Assembly: GCA_037381445.1 (NCBI GenBank)
Contig: JARRQT010000027.1
Location: 1 to 19,130, forward strand
Length of the DNA: 19,130 bases
Direction of reading: 5' to 3'
From: Calditrichia bacterium
GTDB taxonomy: Bacteria > Calditrichota > Calditrichia > RBG-13-44-9
In this document: piece by piece, positions 7,452 through 16,086 of the stretch
Position numbering within the stretch: the stretch's first letter is position 1
Layout of the letters: every line of letters starts with the position of its first letter
Translations under genes and position numbers: made by a program
The notes under the pieces: generated by a model
Seen by the model: the letters and a program-made list of their open reading frames with translations, nothing else
Told to the model about the DNA's origin: nothing
Database searches by the model: none

Positions 7452-10127
7452 TTAATGAATGAGGCTATATTGCAGAATGAACCCGATAGACAAAATGGAA
7501 ACCATAATCGCCAGTTTGATGGCAATATTCAGGGACGGTCCGCTGGTATCCTTTAAAGGATCACCGACCGTATCGCCGGTTACCAGCGATTTGTAACGAT
7601 CGAGCAGATAATAGTAATCCTGCCTTAATTTAAACGCTTTATGAATCATCATTTTATCATCGAGGCTCAATCGCATAAAACGTAAAAATACCTGACGGTC
7701 CTTATTATTCAATTTGAAATACAGCTTTGACATTTCCCGGATGGGCCGGGTATCAATCTTGTTGACGCGCAATATCAGATTTTTGAAATTCTGATAATTT
7801 TTCTGATCATCATTTTCGGTGTCCAGCATGGGCAAATCGTCAATGAATCCCCGGGTAACCAGCCGGTTAAATATTTCCTTATCATGTATCTGGCTGATGG
7901 CCTCGCCGAAATATTCCACCATTTGCGAGATATAGAATGTAATCCCGTTGCTGGCTCTCAGTCCTTCGACAACATGCGGCAGCATCTGTATTTTTTCAAT
8001 TAAAAAGGTGGCATATTGATTGTCCATAATATAATGGACCAGTTCCCGGTCTTTCAGTTTCTGCAGTTGGTCGCGGATGTCCTGACGGAGATTCTCCCGC
8101 TCACTTTCGATATATTTCTTGGCGTTATCCCATGCGCCGCCGGAATTGGCCATATAGACGGCTTTGGAAAAACCGGTCACCAGCAATCCGATAACAATTC
8201 CGAAAACAGCGCTCACGCCCATCAGCCATCCGATAATAACCGGCGTGACAATGATAACCATGGCTGGCAGGATCATTTCCCGCTGGGCGGCCAGCGTGCT
8301 GATTTCCACGCAGGCGGCGTAGTCTGGGGTTGCGTTGCCTTCCATCAGCCCCGGTATTTCATGGAATTGACGCCGCACTTCCTTAATCATCTTATTGGCA
8401 GCCTGCCCTACGGCGTGGATGGTTTTGGCGCAAAACCAACTGGCCAGTGAGGCACCGATGAACAGACCGATGATGCTGCTTATGGATAACAGGGTGCCAT
8501 CATTCGAAATCAAAATATCCTTCAGGGAGGCCAGCGAGGATTTGATGCTCACCAGCGAACCGTCCGACAATTTAATATCAATAAATTGCTTTCCCGCCTG
8601 CAGGTAATGGTACCGGATTTCTTCAACCAACGCAGCAATGAGGACCACGGCTGTCATCGCCGCTGAACCGATGGAAAGCCCTTTGCCGCGCGCTGCGGTG
8701 CTGTTTCCCAGTGCGTCCAGCGCATCGGTGCGACGGCGGGTATGGGGATCCTGATGGGACATCTCCGCGTTTCCGCCGGCGTTATCGGCGATGGGACCAA
8801 ATGCATCGGTGGCCAGTTGAATTCCCAGCGTGCACAGCATTCCGACTGCTGCCAGTCCGATGCCGTATAAACCATGGGAAAAGTCATTTATTCCGCCGGC
8901 CAGCGCGAAGGCGGCAAAGGAACCCGCACTGATCATAATAACGGTTGGAAAGGTGGAAGAGAGTCCCACAGATATCCCGGTCGTAATTACTGTGGCATCT
9001 CCCGTTTCGCTCTGTTTGACAATCTGCTGCGTCGGACCAAAGGCCGAGTTTGTATAAAAATCGGTCAGGTAGCCGATTCCCACGCCCGCGATCAGGCCAA
9101 CCAGAAGCGCCCATAAAATCCACATTTCTCCAGGCATCCAGGCGAATGTCAACAAAATCGTGGCAATGAAAACCAGAGCGGTGGTAATGTTTATTCCACG
9201 GTTGATGGTGCGAAGCAGATTTTTCTGACTGACATCTTCGGTTTTTGTCCTCACAAAAGAAATTCCGATAACTGAGGCCACAATACCGAATGCGGCAATA
9301 ATCATTGGCAAGATAACGCCCTTAACTCCCAGTCCGGCCGGGATACTCAAAACGGCTGTGCCCAGTATGGAACCGACATAGGATTCATACAGGTCAGCGC
9401 CCATACCGGCGACATCCCCAACATTGTCTCCGACATTATCCGCAATGGTGGCGGGATTGCGGGGGTCATCTTCCGGGATTCCGGCTTCCACTTTTCCGAC
9501 CAGATCAGCGCCCATGTCAGCGGCTTTGGTAAAAATTCCCCCGCCCACCCTGGCAAACAGTGCCTGGGAGGAAGCACCAAATCCAAAGGTCAGCATGGTA
9601 GTCGTTATTTCCACCATCTTCAGATTAGCATCCGGCTGATTGACAAACCAGTTCAGAAATATGAACCAGCCCGAGATATCCAGCAGCCCGAAACCTACCA
9701 CCACCAATCCCATGACAGAGCCTCCCCGGAAGGCCACCATCAGGGCACGATTGAGCGAAACCGTAGCGGCTTGGGCGGTGGGCGAGGATGAAGAGGTAGC
9801 CGTGATCATTCCCAGGTATCCCGCCAGGGCGGAGAAAAATCCGCCGCTTAGAAATGCGAAGGGCACCCACGGATTTAATACTTTGAGGCTGTAACTGGCA
9901 ATCGCCAGCAGAACGAAAGTTGAAGCAAAAAATAATCCCACTGTTTTATATTGTCTTCTCAGATACGCAATAGCGCCTTCTTTAACCCAACCGGCTATCT
10001 GCTGCATCTGTTCATTACCTTTGGGTTGTTTTTTAATCCACAAATAAAGGTAAAAAGCAATTAGTAATCCCAATACGGAACAAATGGGAGTGATCCAGAA
10101 CAGGGAAGGAAGTAGTATATCACTCAC
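7452..10127 (-). CDS. hppA: Membrane-integral ion-translocating pyrophosphatase (probably K+-dependent, Na+ or Na+/H+ pumping) with a large insertion
   Basis: Motifs GGIFTKAADMGADLVGKVEAGIPEDDPRNPATIADNVGDNVGD, ADLYES, DAFGPIADNAGG, GNSTAA, GGAWDNAKKYIE and GDTVGDPLKDTSGPSLN; many TM segments; GTG start with aaggag RBS. Confidence 0.96.
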   Translation of the reverse strand: MSDILLPSLFWITPICSVLGLLIAFYLYLWIKKQPKGNEQMQQIAGWVKEGAIAYLRRQYKTVGLFFASTFVLLAIASYSLKVLNPWVPFAFLSGGFFSALAGYLGMITATSSSSPTAQAATVSLNRALMVAFRGGSVMGLVVVGFGLLDISGWFIFLNWFVNQPDANLKMVEITTTMLTFGFGASSQALFARVGGGIFTKAADMGADLVGKVEAGIPEDDPRNPATIADNVGDNVGDVAGMGADLYESYVGSILGTAVLSIPAGLGVKGVILPMIIAAFGIVASVIGISFVRTKTEDVSQKNLLRTINRGINITTALVFIATILLTFAWMPGEMWILWALLVGLIAGVGIGYLTDFYTNSAFGPTQQIVKQSETGDATVITTGISVGLSSTFPTVIMISAGSFAAFALAGGINDFSHGLYGIGLAAVGMLCTLGIQLATDAFGPIADNAGGNAEMSHQDPHTRRRTDALDALGNSTAARGKGLSIGSAAMTAVVLIAALVEEIRYHYLQAGKQFIDIKLSDGSLVSIKSSLASLKDILISNDGTLLSISSIIGLFIGASLASWFCAKTIHAVGQAANKMIKEVRRQFHEIPGLMEGNATPDYAACVEISTLAAQREMILPAMVIIVTPVIIGWLMGVSAVFGIVIGLLVTGFSKAVYMANSGGAWDNAKKYIESERENLRQDIRDQLQKLKDRELVHYIMDNQYATFLIEKIQMLPHVVEGLRASNGITFYISQMVEYFGEAISQIHDKEIFNRLVTRGFIDDLPMLDTENDDQKNYQNFKNLILRVNKIDTRPIREMSKLYFKLNNKDRQVFLRFMRLSLDDKMMIHKAFKLRQDYYYLLDRYKSLVTGDTVGDPLKDTSGPSLNIAIKLAIMVSILSIGFILQYSLIH

Positions 10128-10210
10128 GGCAATCTCCTTATGAAGTTATTAAGAAACAGTAAACCAATTCCACCTTCCCAAGCTTCCCAAATTACGGGAA
10201 TATAATATAC

Positions 10211-10226
10211 CGTGATTTAATTCACG
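10211..10226. promoter_or_regulatory. Palindromic operator CGTGA-N6-TCACG (CRP/FNR- or Rex-like) upstream of hppA
   Basis: cgtga-tttaat-tcacg lies about 85 bp upstream of the hppA start, next to a TATATT -10-like hexamer on the minus strand. Confidence 0.45.
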
Positions 10227-10511
10227 TAACATCAGAAAATTTATTTTGTTTTACTTGACTTTGTTGAAAGGGTCTTAAAGAATCTTTTATTTGCGCTGAT
10301 GCGGGAAAAATTTTTATTCGAATAAGTCTAATTTTCAAAAGACTTGCTCATTGGCAGAATCTTTTCAAAAGTAAATTATCACCGAACAAGATTTGTTGGG
10401 TCATTTTTTCTCAGATATGTAATCAAGGCTTAGGGTTAATTCTATTGGATGTTGGTGAGCAAATCCGGTTAGATCTGATAAATTAGTCAATCGCTGGCAA
10501 GAGTTGATATA

Positions 10512-11078
10512 TCATTTTGACCAAAAATTTTTTAATGGCCCCTCCTCGCCATAGATGGGATCCGTTTTAGGAAGCGGAACCTGTTTTATGTTATCTTCGG
10601 CTTTGTGATGCTCCTCTTCCCCGCCATAATTCATGTCCCAATTCTGACCTTCGGGATATGCTCCTACCACTTTGAAATGCTCCTCGGAACCGAGATTTTT
10701 GTGGGCAACGCCGGCTGGAATGATCAGCACGTCGCCCTTATGCACATTTAAGGTAATTCCGCTGTCTCCGCCCAGCAGCACCCTGGCACTGCCGGAATAG
10801 ACTGCCAGTATTTCATGGGCCGTGCTGTGATAATGATGAAAATTATAAATACTATTTCGCCAGGCGCTCCCCCAGCCGTTCATTTTAAGAATTTTTTCAA
10901 TGGCGGAAGCAGGATCAGATATTGGCAGTTCCAGCGCATTTTTATAAACAAGGAGAGGCAGTTTATCGTTATTGGGAATAAATCCGTCTTTCTTTAACAG
11001 GAATTGTTCCACCCGTCCGATTTTTACAATTTTGTCCCGCGTGCTTTCAAAATCGGCATTGCGAGGTACCATCCCCAT
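10512..11078 (-). CDS. Cupin domain protein, YjlB-like
   Basis: 'IPNN..LPLLVY', 'FHHYHSTAHE', 'GDVLIIPAGVAH', 'VVGAYPEG' and 'LPKTDPIYG'. ATG at 11078 is preferred over TTG at 11087 because GGAG lies 9 nt upstream of it. Confidence 0.9.
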   Translation of the reverse strand: MGMVPRNADFESTRDKIVKIGRVEQFLLKKDGFIPNNDKLPLLVYKNALELPISDPASAIEKILKMNGWGSAWRNSIYNFHHYHSTAHEILAVYSGSARVLLGGDSGITLNVHKGDVLIIPAGVAHKNLGSEEHFKVVGAYPEGQNWDMNYGGEEEHHKAEDNIKQVPLPKTDPIYGEEGPLKNFWSK

Positions 11079-11236
11079 TATTTTCAACTCCGGTAATATT
11101 TGAATTTAATTAAAACGATAAATAAAGTATATCCTACTATACCATTCGATTCGGCTCGAGGTTCCCCGGCACCGGCCCCGGATTGAACAATACTCAGGGT
11201 TTTTTCCCTTAATTTTATATAATTGAAAAGCAAATC

Positions 11237-11275
11237 TCACCGATTCCTTGTTCTTATAAATAACAGAATCGGTGA
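11237..11275 (-). terminator. Probable terminator after the threonine synthase-like gene
   Basis: 10-bp perfect inverted repeat tcaccgattc...gaatcggtga with inner tgtt/aaca pairing, followed by gatttgctttt on the minus strand. Confidence 0.55.
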
Positions 11276-11330
11276 AATGAATTTTAAAATTTTCGGGAAG
11301 TAATTGGAAAATCCGGCGGACTGATTCTAA

Positions 11331-12467
11331 TCATTCGCTTCTAGGCACGGTTATCTCTTTCAACGTCTTCAAACCGGTTCCGGTCAGAATAACTACTGTT
11401 TTGTCACCGGGATTAATTCTTTTCTCTCTCCGAAAATGACTGATTGCGCCCACCACCGCAGCAGAAGTGGGCTCGACAAAAAGTCCATTCCCAGCCAGAA
11501 TCTTTATGCCATCCATAATTTCTTTTTCGGATACAGAGGTCACCGTTCCATCAGTCTCCTCCAGCGCCTGCAGAATTTTTCTTGGGCGTATGGGCAAAGC
11601 GGCGCAAATTCCTTCAGCAAGTGTGGCATTGGTTTGCCGGCATTTTTCGATGACCGAGGCCCTCTTTTGTATTGCCCGGTAAACCGGTGCGCAGGCTTCA
11701 GACTGCACGCCCAACAGACTCGGTATTTTGGTGATAATCCCCTGCTCTTTCATCTCTTTGAAACCGGTGTATAATCCCAGGAACAGCCCGCCGTATCCCA
11801 GAGGACAAATCACATTGTCCGGCGGCATCCAGCCCAACTGTTCTGCAATTTCAAAGGCAACGGTTTTAAGACCCTCCATAAAAAATGGATTCCAATTATG
11901 GGAGGCATAATAATGATTTCCCGCTTTATTTAAAATCGCCCGCGCTGTATCTTCACGGGTTCCCTTAATCAGGTTGAGCCTTGCGCCAAAAAGTTCAACC
12001 TGGGCAATCTTCCCCGAAGAGGTATAATCGGGGCAGAATATTTCGCATTCCAGTCCGCCGCGTGCCGCATAGGCCGCCGCCGCTGCCGCCGCGTTCCCTG
12101 AAGAATCTTCAATGAAGTGGTTGACGCCAATCTCCTTCAAAAAGCTGAAAAGAACGGAAGCACCCCGGTCCTTAAATGAACCGGTAGGAAAGAGATAATC
12201 CAGTTTTAAAAGGAGTTCCAGATTATCATGCCGCCAGTTTACAAGCGGCGTCATACCCTCGCCAAAAGAGATAATGTGCTTGTCTTTTTCAATGGGGATT
12301 GCTTCGCGGTAGCGCCACAGGTTCGGCTTGCGGTTCATGATCTTTTCCCTGGGAAAGGTGACTTCTTTCTCCAGATCAAGCGCAGATCCGCAGTCACATT
12401 TATACCGCCAATCTGTAACCGGATATTTTTCACCGCATTCCGGGCAGATATATTTTTTCAGATTCAT
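11331..12467 (-). CDS. thrC: Threonine synthase-like PLP-dependent enzyme (fold type II) with N-terminal Zn-ribbon
   Basis: CPEC..CDC N-terminus, 'LWRYRE', 'SFGEGMTPL', PLP lysine in PTGSFKDRG, DSSGNA, VEPTSA and LTGTGLK. Confidence 0.85.
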   Translation of the reverse strand: MNLKKYICPECGEKYPVTDWRYKCDCGSALDLEKEVTFPREKIMNRKPNLWRYREAIPIEKDKHIISFGEGMTPLVNWRHDNLELLLKLDYLFPTGSFKDRGASVLFSFLKEIGVNHFIEDSSGNAAAAAAAYAARGGLECEIFCPDYTSSGKIAQVELFGARLNLIKGTREDTARAILNKAGNHYYASHNWNPFFMEGLKTVAFEIAEQLGWMPPDNVICPLGYGGLFLGLYTGFKEMKEQGIITKIPSLLGVQSEACAPVYRAIQKRASVIEKCRQTNATLAEGICAALPIRPRKILQALEETDGTVTSVSEKEIMDGIKILAGNGLFVEPTSAAVVGAISHFRREKRINPGDKTVVILTGTGLKTLKEITVPRSE

Positions 12468-12821
12468 TCTTTTTTCTTTGCCTGTTTGATGATCTGAATT
12501 CAGCTTGAACTTTCATTCCGGAAAAATTAGTTCCTGATTAAATAAGCAAAAAATATGCTGTGAAAATCAATTGATTTTATGCAAAATCTACAGGAGATGA
12601 ATACCAGGAGCCTCCTTTTTTAGCTCTTTAGCTTGATATTTTTTATCGTATGTTCATTTTCATATAATCAACCGGTAAATGATGATCATTGCGGAAAGCT
12701 GCAATTCAGAACTCCTGCCGTATGATAACAATGAAGAAATGATATATCTCTAACAGGGTTCTCAAAAAAGCGCAGAGTGATCCTGACGATCCGAACATCC
12801 TAGCTAAAGGAGTCGAAAGAA

Positions 12822-13475
12822 CTAAATTTTCTCTCCAATCATATAAATCCGGCTGACCGCAATCTCATCCTGGTAAGGCGCTCTGGATTCCTGAAATAGT
12901 ATCCGGAAACCGTTGTTGATAAAATAGGTCTGAATTTCCTCCGGAATAAAGTGTGTGAAATAGATTTTCGTCCGGAATCCCAGGAATTCATCGAGATAGC
13001 CCTCCTGTTCACCCGATTTAACCGCTACCAGAAGTTTTCCCCTTGGTGTCAGCACTCTAAAAAATTCGGTGAAAATCCGGTGAATATATTTTTTGGGGGT
13101 GTGAATAATTGAATAAAATGAAATAATGCCATCGATGGACTGCTCGCCCATTCCCAAATCTGTCATATTCATACAAGCGAACTTCATACCCGGATTATAT
13201 TTTGAAGCAATTCTGATACAATTCTCCGAAATGTCCACCGCATTTACATTCAAACCTTTGTCATAAAGACAACGGCCAATATGGGCCGAAGGCCCGCATC
13301 CCATATCGCAGATAATTGAATCTCTGGAAAAATATGTGGCAAACTGTTTCAGTAATTTTCTGTCATATTTTTTCCGTGCCATCTCATCTTTAAAAAGGTC
13401 GTGATATTTCCTCGCCACGATGTCATAAGAAATTCGTGTCGCCTGATTTATCAAACTAAGTTCTTCATTCTCCAC
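12822..13475 (-). CDS. Class I SAM-dependent methyltransferase
   Basis: 'SYDIVARKY', motif I 'CDMGCGP', 'VDISE' and 'FYSIIH...FFRVLTPRGKLL'. Confidence 0.9.
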   Translation of the reverse strand: MENEELSLINQATRISYDIVARKYHDLFKDEMARKKYDRKLLKQFATYFSRDSIICDMGCGPSAHIGRCLYDKGLNVNAVDISENCIRIASKYNPGMKFACMNMTDLGMGEQSIDGIISFYSIIHTPKKYIHRIFTEFFRVLTPRGKLLVAVKSGEQEGYLDEFLGFRTKIYFTHFIPEEIQTYFINNGFRILFQESRAPYQDEIAVSRIYMIGEKI

Positions 13476-13610
13476 TGGAAAGCCCTGTTTTAAATCTATC
13501 TATCAAAGATCAAGTCCTGTTGGCGGCACAACCGTTGATGATAAACAAATTAGCCAGAAAATAATGTAATGGCTTAGGAAGGATTCATCGCCCCAATCAG
13601 ATCATGTTCT

Positions 13611-14153
13611 TCACTTAAAGATAACTTCTGCGGAATTATCTTCCACATACTCGATTTCATGCCCGTCGATCCATGCCCCACTTTTAAGATATTTTGACTT
13701 AGCGTGCAATTTCCCATTTTCCAACATCTCACCTGTGGACTTCACTTCAGTTATGCCTTTTTGGTTTCCGATTACATACTCATGGCTGATATACTTTCCT
13801 TCTTCCACGGTCATTGTTCCATTGGTGTAAAATCCGGCAGTGGTGAAATAGTAGTATACCAGTTTTTTCTTTTCCGAATCCCAGAAAAGAAGGGTCTCTC
13901 CGCCGTATTCACCATCATTGACAGAATGCAGAATTCTGATGGCCTGACCATTAAGCGCCCGCTCCCAACGGGAAATATCATACATGGGTTTTTCCGGTGT
14001 GGAGTTACTGAATGTTCCTTTCCATGTTTTTCCGAGCAACGGCTGCAGCGGCTTTAGCGGATCGGCCAGATTATCCTGGGAATATAGATATCCCAAAAAA
14101 AGAAATGAAATCAGCAGACCTATGCCAAACTTCCATCGAAAATATTTACTCAT
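13611..14153 (-). CDS. Secreted hypothetical protein, probable beta-barrel (DUF1579/lipocalin-like by inference)
   Basis: Signal peptide, 'LKPLQPLLGKTWKG' start, beta-strand-rich pattern and ggga RBS. Confidence 0.75.
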   Translation of the reverse strand: MSKYFRWKFGIGLLISFLFLGYLYSQDNLADPLKPLQPLLGKTWKGTFSNSTPEKPMYDISRWERALNGQAIRILHSVNDGEYGGETLLFWDSEKKKLVYYYFTTAGFYTNGTMTVEEGKYISHEYVIGNQKGITEVKSTGEMLENGKLHAKSKYLKSGAWIDGHEIEYVEDNSAEVIFK

Positions 14154-14610
14154 TTTAGTCTCCCATATTTGAAAATAAAAGATGCATTCTTTAATTATGA
14201 AATATGTTTTTAAGGACCGAGCTACAAAAAGTTTGCGGATTTCTATATACCCCGGGCATTTATCACTTCATAAGAAACAATAAATCATGTGACAGCCTAT
14301 GAGGCAAAACCGTTAATACGTAGTGACCCTGCCGCACCACAATTGAAACAAAAGAAATATACAATATATACCATAAGATTGCATTAGAAATAAACCGCTT
14401 TTTGCAAATTTCTCCGCAGTTTGGATGGGAAAAATCATTTATTCTGCTTATAATAATATCCAATAATTAAGAACGCTGTAAATAAACTATCAATTAATTT
14501 AAGTTAGATATTTGCCTTTCATTTAGCATAATAAAATTCTGACTAGTCCTAATCAACAGTTGCCGTCGCTTTCAAAGACCGCTTAAATATTCGCATGGCA
14601 ATAAAAAGTG

Positions 14611-14631
14611 AAATTTGATAAAAGTCACAAT
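14611..14631. promoter_or_regulatory. CRP/FNR-family box AAATTTGA-N6-TCACA
   Basis: aaatttga-taaaag-tcacaat has one mismatch to TGTGA-N6-TCACA and lies about 60 bp upstream of ORF 14688. Confidence 0.45.
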
Positions 14632-14687
14632 GTTGAAATAGCCGGCATGGTAAAGTTAGGATGTGGTTTTAATGTCAGAAGAATATC

Positions 14688-14909
14688 ATGATGAGTAATT
14701 TGCATAAAATCAGCCGCGAAGAAGCCGAAACAATTATGGACAGTCAGAATGTAATCAGCACCAAAATTGAACAGACCAGGAAGGAAGTGCGAGTGCGATT
14801 CGGCTTAACGGGAAGGCGTACACTTTTGGTAATCTACGATCTTCCGCACCATCAGGAAACATTCTTCCTTGATGAGCTGCTTAATACCCTCCCCAATTCT
14901 GATCATTAA
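14688..14909 (+). CDS. Small hypothetical protein (73 aa)
   Basis: Sole ORF in an otherwise AT-rich gap, with protein-like composition (helix then beta strands); RBS is weak. Confidence 0.55.
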   Translation: MMSNLHKISREEAETIMDSQNVISTKIEQTRKEVRVRFGLTGRRTLLVIYDLPHHQETFFLDELLNTLPNSDH

Positions 14910-15156
14910 TATTCCCAATCATAATCATTTCCCCCTTAATCTGGTGTCATACCTGCATTTCATAACAAGATTCTTTCCGCGGGCATGATCCTGAAATTTG
15001 AGAGAATGCCCCGCAGGCCCACCGCACTTTTAATTTTTAAATACCGGCATTGTGATGTGATAATTATGTATGATGATTTATATTCTTCATCATTTCTTCA
15101 TTATATAACATTAAAATTTTGCGAAATTAATAAACAAAATTTAAGGAGGGGGAAAA

Positions 15157-15897
15157 ATGCTTCAATCTTCAGGTTTCAATTTGTCAGGGAAGCTATCGAT
15201 AATTCTGGTTCTTCTTTTAGGTTTTGCTACAATGGTGGCGGCAAGCGATGCATCAGACCAGTTAGCTGATCGGGTGGAAAAAGCGCTCGGCTCATACTAT
15301 GAGACCCCATTCCAGGTAACGGCCAATGACCAGGGAGTGGTCTCCATTAAAGGAACGGTTAATTCTCTTTTCCAGAAATACCGGATATTTGATATCGTTG
15401 CAACGGTACCGGGGGTAAAAGATGTTGAAGACTACATGACAGTGAATACCGGTATGCTGCCGGACAGTGTCATTGCCGAAAACATACGGTATGCGATTAA
15501 TGCTAACAAGGCTATTGCGGCACCGCAGCGGATTAATGTAAGGGTGGAAAATGGCATTGTGTACCTCACAGGCACTGTCAGTTATTACAGGGAAAAGGTA
15601 GCGGCCCAGACTTCAGCTTCCTGGGAAGACGGCGTGAAGGGAATCCAGGACGAGCTCAAGGTTCTTCCGCCCAAAAAAGCAGTGAGCGATGCCAATCTGC
15701 AAATCATTATTAAGGATGTTTTGCATGACCGGTTCAGATTGGAGAAGAATGTTTCGGTCACCGTTGACAATGGCGTGGTTACACTGAATGGCACCGTTCA
15801 AAATTTATGGGATAAGCTTGAAATTGCGAAGAATCTGAGCGATGTTTTGGGAGTCAAAGAGGTCGTGAATCATTTGACAGTTCAGTCTCAGATGTAA
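15157..15897 (+). CDS. Periplasmic BON-domain protein (three BON repeats, OsmY-like)
   Basis: Signal peptide; three repeats of 'V.V.NG.V.L.GTV...A..V.GVK.V.N.L.V'; strong RBS aaggagg. Confidence 0.92.
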   Translation: MLQSSGFNLSGKLSIILVLLLGFATMVAASDASDQLADRVEKALGSYYETPFQVTANDQGVVSIKGTVNSLFQKYRIFDIVATVPGVKDVEDYMTVNTGMLPDSVIAENIRYAINANKAIAAPQRINVRVENGIVYLTGTVSYYREKVAAQTSASWEDGVKGIQDELKVLPPKKAVSDANLQIIIKDVLHDRFRLEKNVSVTVDNGVVTLNGTVQNLWDKLEIAKNLSDVLGVKEVVNHLTVQSQM

Positions 15898-15956
15898 AAA
15901 TTCATTGCCGGATAGCAAAATATTTATGCTTCAAGGCAGGAGCTGATTAAATTGCC

Positions 15957-15994
15957 AAAAAGTCCTGCAGGTATCTAACCTGCGGGACTTTTTT
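15957..15994. terminator. Bidirectional Rho-independent terminator between the convergent BON and DUF1684 genes
   Basis: aaaaagtcctgcagg-tatctaa-cctgcgggactttttt. Confidence 0.85.
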
Positions 15995-16086
15995 ATATAT
16001 TGAATTAGATTTTTCACTTTCCTATTCAATCATTCGCTGCATCTAATTTTCGTTCCCGGTTCACCCATTACTAATATCCTTCATTC

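Noticed and set aside
7584..8105. HppA insertion as an intein
   Set aside because: It starts with Ser but has no terminal His-Asn followed by Cys/Ser/Thr, no recognisable block B TxxH or LAGLIDADG motif, and looks helical rather than HINT-like.
11140..11210. GC-rich patch upstream of the cupin gene as a tRNA fragment or riboswitch
   Set aside because: The gttcaatcc resemblance to a T-loop is incomplete, and no cloverleaf or riboswitch consensus could be built.
14263..14463. 66-aa minus-strand ORF
   Set aside because: It lies in an AT-rich divergent promoter region, has no RBS, and has atypical composition.
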